Both the position numbers and the translations under genes were made by a program. From positions 1 to 42,769 of the forward strand of contig MEZG01000043.1 in assembly GCA_001775965.1 (NCBI GenBank): a stretch of DNA of 42,769 nt, read 5' to 3'. This document shows, piece by piece, positions 9,801-17,540 of the stretch; the stretch's first letter is position 1; each line of letters opens with the position of its first letter. This DNA is from Candidatus Bathyarchaeota archaeon RBG_13_60_20 (GTDB taxonomy: Archaea > Thermoproteota > Bathyarchaeia > TCS64). The notes beneath the pieces are model-generated. The model was given only the letters and a program-made list of their open reading frames with translations. It made no database searches and was not told where the DNA came from.

Positions 9801-12362
9801 ATGGCGAAGAAAGTTACCTCGCCTGAAGAATTCTTTGGACACCGGATGGGAGCCGACAGGAAGATCGCCCGTTGGGACAGGATCGTGGAGTACTTCCACA
9901 GGCTCCAGAAGGAGTCCAAGAGGATCAAAGTCATTCACATGGGGCCCTCCACGGAGGGGCACCCCTTCCTCACCGTCATAGTCACCAGCGAGGAGAACAT
10001 GAAGAACCTGGATAGGCTCCAGGACATCAACGTCACCCTCACCAACCCGGGGGAGCTCACAGAGGAGGAGGCGAGGCCCCTTGTGGCCGAAGGCAAGGCA
10101 GTCGTCATCCAGAGCATGAGCCTCCACGCCTCGGAGATCGGGGGCACCCAGATGTCCCCAGAGCTGGCCTACGAGCTGGCAACCCGGGAGGACGAGGAAG
10201 CCAGACGCATCAGGGACAACGTAGTCAGCATCATGGTGCCCAGCTTCAACCCAGACGGTCAGATAATGGTCACGGACTGGTACAACAAGTACCTGGGCAC
10301 CGAGTACGAGGGCGTGAACACCCCGTTCCTGTACCACAAGTACACGGGCCACGACAACAACAGGGACGCCTTCATGACCAACATCGTAGAGAGCCGCTAC
10401 ATGGCCAGGCTCATGTTCCACGACTGGCCGCCTCAGGCCTATCAGGACCACCACCACATGGGCAGCTACGGCGCCCGCCTATACGTGGCGCCTTACAGCG
10501 ACCCCATCCATCCCCACGGCGACCCCCTGGTCTGGCGCGAGCTGGCCTGGTACGGGGCCCACATGGCCTATAAACTGGAGGAGGCGGGGAAGAGCGGCAT
10601 CGTCAACGCTGCCATATTCAGCGGTTGGGCCCACCTGGGATTCCACTGGTTAGGCATCTACCACAATATACCCAGCATGCTCACCGAGTCGGCCTCGGCC
10701 AAGCTGGCCACCCCCCTCTTCATCCACCCCGAGCAGCTGAAGGAGGAGACTAAGATGAGCACCCTCGTTGGCACGAGGATGCTGCCCCATTACAAGCCCA
10801 CCACCAACTTCCCCAACCCGTGGCCCGGCGGCTGGTGGAGGCTCCGCGACATCGTGGAGCAGCAGAAGGTGGCCTCCTGGGCGCTACTGGACCACATGGC
10901 CCGCAACAAGGAGACGATTCTGTGGAACGCGTACCAGAAGGCCGTGAGGCAGACGGAGAGGGGCGCCGAGGATCCCGTTATGGCTTACGTGGTGCCGTTG
11001 TCCCAGCACGACCCGCGCACCATGGAGCTCATGATAGAGAAGCTCCTCGTCCAGAACGTCGAGATATACAGGGCCAAGAGCCCGTTCACTGGGGACGGGG
11101 TGGTCTACGAGGAGGGCAGCTACGTCATCCCCCTCGCCCAGCCAAAAATGGGGCTCATCAAGACGCTGCTGGGCCGGACCCGGTTCCCGGACGACAGCTT
11201 CACCAGGATGCCCGACGGCTCACCCCACAGGCCCTACGACTCGGCCACGGACACCATGGCCGAGTTCATGGGCGTGGCCGTGGACCCTGTGGAGTTCATC
11301 ACGGAGGTCGAGCTGGAGCCCATGGACGATTACAAGCAGCCAGTGGGCGCCGTGGACGAGTCCAGCAAAGTGGGCTTCCTCCTGGACGCCAGGGAGAACC
11401 ACGCATTCAAAGCCGTGAACATGCTGCTGGCCGAGGAAGTCCCCGTCATGCGCGTCACCGAAGCCTTGATGGCGGGGGACTACGAGTTGCCCCCCGGCTG
11501 CTTCATAGTGGAGCCTGGCCACGAGGAGAAGCTCACAGACATCGCCGAGGAGACGGGCGTGAGCTTCCACGCCCTCGTCGAGCTGAAGGCCGACACTGCG
11601 CCGGTTAAGCAGCTGCGGGTCGGCATGTACCAGCGCTACTGGGGCGGCAACATGGACGAGGGCTGGACCCGCCTATGCCTGGAGCAGTACTGCTTCCCCT
11701 ACGCGACCCTCATGGACGAGGAGATCAAGAAGGGGGGCCTCAGGGAGAGCTACGATGTAATAATTCTGCCCAGCGACGCGCCGGCCATGATCACGGGCGG
11801 CGACGAGCTGAAGAAGTGGTGGAAGGAGCAGAGGCAGGGCTGGGAGCTCCCCGAGTACCCGCCGGAGTACAGGAGCGGCCTAGGGGACGAGGGGAAGAAG
11901 GCTCTCAGGGAGTTCGTGGAGAAGGGTGGTACCCTCTTGTGCCTCGGAGAGTCGTCCATGTACGCCGTGGACGCCCTTGAGCTGAAGGTGGCCAACGTGC
12001 TTGAGAAGGTGCCCAGTAGGGAGTTCCACTGTCCGGGCAGCACCCTCCACATTGATGTGGACACAGAGCACCCCATAGCCTACGGGATGCCCGAGGACGC
12101 TCTGGCCCTCTTCTGGGGGGACCCGGCCTTCAAGATAATCCCCAGCGCCGACAACCACAAGTACAGTGTGATAGCCTCCTACCCCGACTCCGACATCCTG
12201 GAGTCGGGCTGGCTTGTGGGCGAGGAGCGTATAGCCAACAGGATTGCCGCGCTCCAGGCCGAGGTCGGCGAGGGGAAGGCTGTACTCATAGGGTTCAAGT
12301 GTCAGCACAGGTGCCAGACCCACGGAACCTTCAAGCTGCTCTTCAACAGCCTCCTAGGCTAA
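9801..12362 (+). CDS. Large M14-family zinc carboxypeptidase-like protein (853 aa)
   Basis: An HxxE zinc motif (SLHASEIGG) sits in an N-terminal carboxypeptidase-like domain, followed by a long C-terminal extension. A T6 run follows the stop (12369-12375). Confidence 0.7.
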   Translation: MAKKVTSPEEFFGHRMGADRKIARWDRIVEYFHRLQKESKRIKVIHMGPSTEGHPFLTVIVTSEENMKNLDRLQDINVTLTNPGELTEEEARPLVAEGKAVVIQSMSLHASEIGGTQMSPELAYELATREDEEARRIRDNVVSIMVPSFNPDGQIMVTDWYNKYLGTEYEGVNTPFLYHKYTGHDNNRDAFMTNIVESRYMARLMFHDWPPQAYQDHHHMGSYGARLYVAPYSDPIHPHGDPLVWRELAWYGAHMAYKLEEAGKSGIVNAAIFSGWAHLGFHWLGIYHNIPSMLTESASAKLATPLFIHPEQLKEETKMSTLVGTRMLPHYKPTTNFPNPWPGGWWRLRDIVEQQKVASWALLDHMARNKETILWNAYQKAVRQTERGAEDPVMAYVVPLSQHDPRTMELMIEKLLVQNVEIYRAKSPFTGDGVVYEEGSYVIPLAQPKMGLIKTLLGRTRFPDDSFTRMPDGSPHRPYDSATDTMAEFMGVAVDPVEFITEVELEPMDDYKQPVGAVDESSKVGFLLDARENHAFKAVNMLLAEEVPVMRVTEALMAGDYELPPGCFIVEPGHEEKLTDIAEETGVSFHALVELKADTAPVKQLRVGMYQRYWGGNMDEGWTRLCLEQYCFPYATLMDEEIKKGGLRESYDVIILPSDAPAMITGGDELKKWWKEQRQGWELPEYPPEYRSGLGDEGKKALREFVEKGGTLLCLGESSMYAVDALELKVANVLEKVPSREFHCPGSTLHIDVDTEHPIAYGMPEDALALFWGDPAFKIIPSADNHKYSVIASYPDSDILESGWLVGEERIANRIAALQAEVGEGKAVLIGFKCQHRCQTHGTFKLLFNSLLG

Positions 12363-12429
12363 ACCCCATTTTTTAATGACGCTGTTCCACTGAACTAGTG
12401 GCTAAGCTCGTGGATGGCAAGCCGCTTTT

Positions 12430-12660
12430 CTATTCTTTTTTACGTTTTTTACTGGGCTTCGCCCCCTCGGCGGGGTGGCTGTCCTCGCTGGCTCCGATAC
12501 ATTCTAGGCAGAGCTTCTCTGCGACGCTCCCGCAGTAATGGCAGAACCTTTTCCCGCACCCCGTGCAGGTGTAGAGCTTCCCCGTGCTCTGCCCGCATAT
12601 CTCGCACTCCTCCAACATGCAACCGCCGCCATAGTGGTTTAACCTGAATGATCGCTGCAT
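12430..12660 (-). CDS. Small 8-Cys cross-brace zinc-finger protein with a basic C-terminal tail
   Basis: The Cys pattern is C-x2-C-x9-C-x2-C-x4-C-x2-C-x7-C-x2-C (CEICG...CTGCGKRFCHYCG...CLEC). The tail is PSKKRKKE. The start could be the Met at 12618 instead. Confidence 0.5.
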   Translation of the reverse strand: MQRSFRLNHYGGGCMLEECEICGQSTGKLYTCTGCGKRFCHYCGSVAEKLCLECIGASEDSHPAEGAKPSKKRKKE

Positions 12661-12686
12661 GAACCCATGACCATAACCCTCTCATT

Positions 12687-12872
12687 ATGCCTTGGGCTCA
12701 AAACCTCTTGGCCACTCAATGTTTAATTGATTTAAAGGATAAATTTCTTTATATCCTAGATATCGAACAGATAGCACTTATTTTTGAAGAGTATAAGTCA
12801 AACCAGTCATTGTTTCAGCGTGTATTTGATTCAAATATTAAAGAAGCTGTGAGTCCACATCCCCATCGGTGA
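12687..12872 (+). CDS. Hypothetical 61-aa ORF spanning an AT-rich island; possible foreign small gene
   Basis: The reading frame stays open across about 27% GC DNA, where stops should be frequent. I recognise no homology. Confidence 0.2.
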   Translation: MPWAQNLLATQCLIDLKDKFLYILDIEQIALIFEEYKSNQSLFQRVFDSNIKEAVSPHPHR

Positions 12873-13020
12873 CGCGCCTTGCACTCTCCAGACGTCCCAT
12901 GATGCGGATTGAGGCATCCGCCTCCGCCTCCTAGCTCACGGTTTCCCAAGACTGCTCAAAGGTCCCTTGATGCCCGGCATGCAACTGCCTGTGTGTCGGA
13001 AGGTGATAATGGCGGGCGGG

Positions 13021-13908
13021 CTACCCGCCCTTAAAGTGGGTATAGACGTTGAGGCTGACCTGGGCGATGACCTCCTCCGCAGAGTAGACGTCCTCGGCCC
13101 CCATAGTGAAGCAGCTCAGCGCGTAGCGCTCACCCGTGGCCCTCAGCGTCACTATGCCTACATCGTTCCTGATCCCTGGCAGGCTCCCGGTCTTCCGCTC
13201 CAGCCTCACCTCCCTCGCGGGCAGGTATTTGGGTATGCGGGCTGGACCCGTCTGGCACTTGGCCATGATCCCTAGTATCTGGTCGCAGCTCTCCTGGCTC
13301 GCGGCTTTACCTTCCGATACGAGCGCGATGAGCCTGTTCATCTCGTTGGGGGTGGTTACGTCGTTGTTCTCGGTCCCCAGGCTCCAGGAGGGCGCCCCCT
13401 CACCCGCTTCCATGGCCTTCTCGTAGAGGCTCAGGGTCATCTCCCCCCTCGGCACATCGTTGACCCCAACCAGGTCGAAGAGTATCTCCCTGCAGTACCT
13501 GCTTATGCTTGTCCTGGTTAAGCCCAGCCCCCGCAGCGTCCTGTTCACGTTGTCGAATCCCACTCTCCCGGCCACCAGGTCCGTGGCGGTGTTGTCGCTG
13601 ACGATCATCATGAGGCTCAGGAGGTCCCTGAGGCTCACCTCCAACCCCTCGGTGAGCTCCCTGAGTATGCCTGACCCGGGAACCTTATCCACTTCTCTTA
13701 GGGTGACCCTCTCGTCCAGGCTCAGGACGCCTCTCTCCACCTGCCTGTAGAACTCCACGATGACGGGGACCTTAAATACGCTGGCCGTGGGGAACAGCCT
13801 GTCGCCGTTCAGGCTGGCGGATTCTCCCGTGCCCAGGTGATTCACGGATACACCCAGAACCCCCTTGAAGCCCTCCGCAGGCTTCTTCACAGCTTCCAGT
13901 AGGCTCAT
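13021..13908 (-). CDS. Class A beta-lactamase-like serine hydrolase
   Basis: It has SxxK (SVFK), SDN (VSDNTATD) and KTG (RKTGSLPG) in canonical order and spacing. No N-terminal signal peptide is evident. Confidence 0.75.
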   Translation of the reverse strand: MSLLEAVKKPAEGFKGVLGVSVNHLGTGESASLNGDRLFPTASVFKVPVIVEFYRQVERGVLSLDERVTLREVDKVPGSGILRELTEGLEVSLRDLLSLMMIVSDNTATDLVAGRVGFDNVNRTLRGLGLTRTSISRYCREILFDLVGVNDVPRGEMTLSLYEKAMEAGEGAPSWSLGTENNDVTTPNEMNRLIALVSEGKAASQESCDQILGIMAKCQTGPARIPKYLPAREVRLERKTGSLPGIRNDVGIVTLRATGERYALSCFTMGAEDVYSAEEVIAQVSLNVYTHFKGG

Positions 13909-14007
13909 GGGTGATCAATGGTTCGCCGCAACCTAAAACAATAACTGGCCTCTCAGGCGCCGGGCCCCAGCACTGGAAGCTTAATAACGGGTCAAGCTGA
14001 TTCACTG

Positions 14008-14274
14008 TTGATGGACATGCCCGAGGAGCCAGTATACATAGCCGAGGTCGTCAGCGTCAAGAAGAGCTGCAGCGCAGGCCACGAGGCGGGCGACAGGTTC
14101 GAGATAAACACCCATAAGACGGGTGGCATCTGCGGCTACTGCTACCACGAGCTGTTCCCCACCATGATGAACATGTGCTACGGGGGACAGATACCCTGGA
14201 TGAACAACCAGGAGTTCAATTACGAGTGCCCGGACAGCTACAACCTGGTCACTTTCAAGGTCACAAGGAAGTAG
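14008..14274 (+). CDS. TIGR04076-family small Cys-rich protein
   Basis: The 88-aa protein has CSAGHEAGDRF...GGICGYCYHELFP, typical of the TIGR04076 family (recognised from memory). The start may be ATG 14011. Confidence 0.6.
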   Translation: MMDMPEEPVYIAEVVSVKKSCSAGHEAGDRFEINTHKTGGICGYCYHELFPTMMNMCYGGQIPWMNNQEFNYECPDSYNLVTFKVTRK

Positions 14275-14305
14275 CCCCTCTTTCTAACATCTGGGAGCAA
14301 CACGG

Positions 14306-14313
14306 AAAAAAAA
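14306..14313 (-). terminator. Oligo-T (T8) archaeal-type terminator after the four-gene membrane operon
   Basis: A8 on the + strand is T8 on the - strand, beginning 13 nt after the TAG stop at 14326-14328. Confidence 0.5.
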
Positions 14314-14325
14314 TAGGATTGTTTT

Positions 14326-15003
14326 CTACCGGCCGCTGTACCACTTGATCTTCTTCGTGTAGTACCCGTAACCCAGCCCCAGGGCCACGAGCAGCAGCAT
14401 GGCGTAGGTGTATAAGGCCACCTCCGGCCTCAGCATGTCCACGAGCCGCCCGATGACCAGCTCGAACCTGAAGCTGACGGTCTGCCCGTAGGTGACGCCG
14501 AAGGCCGCCAGGAGGAAGATGCGCCCGGTCTGGTTGACGTACTTGTAGGGCCCCTCCATCTGGGCCGTGAAGATGAAGTAGGCGGCGGCCGTGACCGTCC
14601 CCACTATCATCACGAGGTTGTTGATGTTGTTCAGAGGCAGAACGGTGGCGTTGATCTGGCCGAGGAAGTCCGCCATGACGCTCGTCCTGATGGCCAGGCC
14701 GAGGCCCGCGCCCACGGTCACCGCCACGGGGTACCTGGAGAGCCAAAGCCACTCGATCTTAAGCCTGGAGAACAGCATCACGCAGAGGATAACAGCGACG
14801 ACGAAGATGTAGTTGCCCTGAAGCACGGGGTTGATGGCGCTGGTCCTGACGTAGTTCCAGTTGGTGGCGAAGATGAAGCCGCCCAGGATGCCCATATACA
14901 GGTTCTCGGTGAACTTGCTCAGCGGGTTGTCGCCTATCAGCACGGAGTACGCGCCGATGGATACGAAGGAGCCCGCTATGAGTCCCAGTAAGAAGCTGTC
15001 CAT
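14326..15003 (-). CDS. Uncharacterised polytopic membrane protein (about 6-7 TM), gene 4 of the membrane operon
   Basis: Its ATG abuts the upstream stop (TAG|ATG at 15001-15006). Multiple hydrophobic helices are present, with no known motif. Confidence 0.7.
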   Translation of the reverse strand: MDSFLLGLIAGSFVSIGAYSVLIGDNPLSKFTENLYMGILGGFIFATNWNYVRTSAINPVLQGNYIFVVAVILCVMLFSRLKIEWLWLSRYPVAVTVGAGLGLAIRTSVMADFLGQINATVLPLNNINNLVMIVGTVTAAAYFIFTAQMEGPYKYVNQTGRIFLLAAFGVTYGQTVSFRFELVIGRLVDMLRPEVALYTYAMLLLVALGLGYGYYTKKIKWYSGR

Positions 15004-15846
15004 CTACTTAGCTCCCCCCTCTCTCCTAGCTACGAAGTACAGCACGTTACCAAGGACCACCAGTAACGCCCAGAGCAGGCCGCCGAAGTTGGTTGCCATA
15101 GCCTGACCCAGGGCGAGCCCGGGCATGCCCATCAGGTACTCGTACTCGGCCGAGCCCCTGACCCCGCCGATGATCCCTATCATCTGGCCCGAGTTGATAT
15201 AGGGCGTGTAGTTGGGCACCTCGTTAGTGGTGCACATACCAGTCATAGGCACGCCGAAGGGCGTGACTATCTGCCTGATGCCGAAGGGTATGCTGCCCTC
15301 TGAGCCACCCCACCAGAAGAGCGCCGCGAAGTCGGATGCCTTGTTGATGTCACTCATGAGGGGTATCTGACCTATGGGGGTCCCGAAGTGGTCCTCAGTC
15401 TTCACGCTGCGAATGTCGTTCGCGAAGGCCGCCACGCCGGACTCTCCGCCCGGAACGTAGCCCATGTGAACCCAGTTCACGCCGTTCTCTGCTGCGACCC
15501 CGGAGGGTAGCTTGGCTAGCGCGTTATCGATGGCCGTCACGGTCCACGCAGCCGTCTCCGTGCCTATGCTGAAGAAGACCAGTTTGATGTCCTTGCTCAG
15601 CAGGTGCACGATCTGCACCTCGAGGCCTGGGCCGCCCTGCGGGTACGTGGCTGCGCCGAGCCCGCCCTCGATGAGGACGACCGAGCCTGAGGGTATGGAG
15701 TCGGCGAACTCAAAGGAATCCCTGGAGTACTGCTGTATATTCATTGGGAGTATTACCGGGCTGAGTATCGGGAAGGCCAGCGCTATGAACATCAGCGCGA
15801 AGATGATCCTCTGGTCAAGCGCCAGCATCTTATCCATCAGACTCAT
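15004..15846 (-). CDS. Uncharacterised bitopic membrane protein (N- and C-terminal TM helices flanking a ~200-aa domain), gene 3
   Basis: Its start overlaps the upstream stop by 4 nt (15843-15846). Terminal helices are RIIFALMFIALAFPILSPVIL and GGLLWALLVVLGNVLYFV. Confidence 0.7.
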   Translation of the reverse strand: MSLMDKMLALDQRIIFALMFIALAFPILSPVILPMNIQQYSRDSFEFADSIPSGSVVLIEGGLGAATYPQGGPGLEVQIVHLLSKDIKLVFFSIGTETAAWTVTAIDNALAKLPSGVAAENGVNWVHMGYVPGGESGVAAFANDIRSVKTEDHFGTPIGQIPLMSDINKASDFAALFWWGGSEGSIPFGIRQIVTPFGVPMTGMCTTNEVPNYTPYINSGQMIGIIGGVRGSAEYEYLMGMPGLALGQAMATNFGGLLWALLVVLGNVLYFVARREGGAK

Positions 15847-16496
15847 TCCGAGTCCCTCCTCTCCTCCCTGATCCCCAGGTGCTCCTTCTGCCGGCCCATG
15901 AACACCCTGACGCCCAGGCCCATGATCCCCAGGCTGGTCCCGATGATCATGCCCCTGAACCCGGCCCCACTAGGGAAGCTCCTGATCCATTCGCCCAGCG
16001 GCACGACCGGCGGGAACAGTATTGCGCCTATAGGGATGAGCATCAGGAGCACAACCAGTGCGCACACGAGTAGGACCGCGGCGTTCCAGTTCCTGGCTCT
16101 CAGGACCCTGTACGCGGCCGACGTGATGTAGAAGGCGGTCAGCGAGTAGAGGGCTGCGCCGATGGGTGACGTCATGTTGTTGTAGATCCACAGGAACGTG
16201 GTGTCCCTGACGTTCAGGACGCCCAGCCCCGCCGTGACCACGAAGGCCACAACGTAGACGATGCTGTAGTACCATTCGCTGCCCCTGGTGCCGACCTTTT
16301 TGGTGTGGAATATGGTGAGCACTATGGTCCCCAGGATGAGCGCCGTCGCCGAGATGATGGTAACGAACGAGCGGAGCGTGACATTCAGGCTCGTCACGGA
16401 CGCGGGCATCGGGAAGAAGAACTCGATGATCATCAGGAGCCCGATTACTGCGGTCAGTATCATCGGGATCTGCATCTTAACTAATCTATCTGACAC
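15843..16496 (-). CDS. Uncharacterised polytopic membrane protein (about 6 TM), gene 2
   Basis: A GTG start is preceded by a GAGGTGA SD in the 11-nt gap after gene 1. Confidence 0.7.
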   Translation of the reverse strand: MSDRLVKMQIPMILTAVIGLLMIIEFFFPMPASVTSLNVTLRSFVTIISATALILGTIVLTIFHTKKVGTRGSEWYYSIVYVVAFVVTAGLGVLNVRDTTFLWIYNNMTSPIGAALYSLTAFYITSAAYRVLRARNWNAAVLLVCALVVLLMLIPIGAILFPPVVPLGEWIRSFPSGAGFRGMIIGTSLGIMGLGVRVFMGRQKEHLGIREERRDSE

Positions 16497-16507
16497 TTCA
16501 TCTCACC

Positions 16508-17287
16508 TCACATAGACAACAGTCCCTTGATGCTCATACCAAGGGTTATGAGAACGGACCCGAGCACGATCAGTATCACCGCGATGAACTTGCCGACGTC
16601 TTGCCCTGCCAGGGACGAGGACACGGTGGGGTCCTCCGACACGTAGGCTCCGAGGGCGTATAGCTCCTCGCCAATGATGCTGTAGTCGCAGATGGCCACC
16701 AGGAACGGTATGTTGTGTGTGGTGTCTGTTCCGCCGAGCATCATCGCCCCCACGCGGGCCGCGTTCTCGGTGAATATAACGGCCTTGTGGTACCAGCTCC
16801 CGAGGAAGAAGGCCCCAGCCATCCCGTCGCTCCACATATGGTTGATGATGTACATCCTGTCCGCACCGTCGGGGAGGTACATCACCGCCTCATCCAGCTT
16901 CAGCTCGTCCTGCTTGTTCTCGGCCTTGTACGCCTCGTCAACTATCTCGCTCGCGATAGTGTAGGCCAGGCCCTGGGTCACCGGGACGAAGAACCTGGCC
17001 CCCAGCCTGGCGGCGCTCCGCGCCGTGTAGGCCAGTATCTGGAAGGCGGCGACGGTCGGGGCCAGCACGCTCGGGTTGTCCATGGTCACAGTGTCCATGA
17101 GGTAGTAGGCGGGGCGCCCCATCTCAACGCACCTTCCGAGGATCTCGTCGATCTGGTTCACCGCTGCCAGTCGTCTGAGTTTAGGTAGTTTACCTGAGTA
17201 CGCTCTCTGCATGTAGTAGATTATCGATCCTGCTATGATTAACAGGGAAAGTAGGCCGATGACTCGGCCCTCAACAATTAGTGCCAA
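16508..17287 (-). CDS. Uncharacterised membrane protein (N- and C-terminal TM helices), gene 1
   Basis: TTG start at 17287. The next in-frame Met would delete the first TM helix. It lies downstream of a 253-bp AT-rich promoter region. Confidence 0.65.
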   Translation of the reverse strand: MALIVEGRVIGLLSLLIIAGSIIYYMQRAYSGKLPKLRRLAAVNQIDEILGRCVEMGRPAYYLMDTVTMDNPSVLAPTVAAFQILAYTARSAARLGARFFVPVTQGLAYTIASEIVDEAYKAENKQDELKLDEAVMYLPDGADRMYIINHMWSDGMAGAFFLGSWYHKAVIFTENAARVGAMMLGGTDTTHNIPFLVAICDYSIIGEELYALGAYVSEDPTVSSSLAGQDVGKFIAVILIVLGSVLITLGMSIKGLLSM

Positions 17288-17540
17288 TTGTCATTCCCCA
17301 AGAAGATGTGCACGTATTTACTATAAATATTTTCAAGGGTGGACACGAAAAATATTAGTTAAACGCATTAAATTGTTGGTTTTTCACACTCGCCCTTTAT
17401 CATTTAAGCCCCAACCCTCACTGAATTAATATCAAGCGATGGGCGTTCAACATAGATGTTAAAAGGTTAGCTACAGCAATGTGACGCATTATAAAAAAGT
17501 TTATTAGTTGTACAGAGTCACGTGCTACGAATTTTAAAGG

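Noticed and set aside
12363-12430. C/D box sRNA candidate (AATGACG ... CTGA ... TGGATGG) downstream of the M14 peptidase gene.
   Set aside because: The boxes are imperfect. The C to D' spacing is about 8 nt instead of about 12, and there is no terminal D box with a closing stem.
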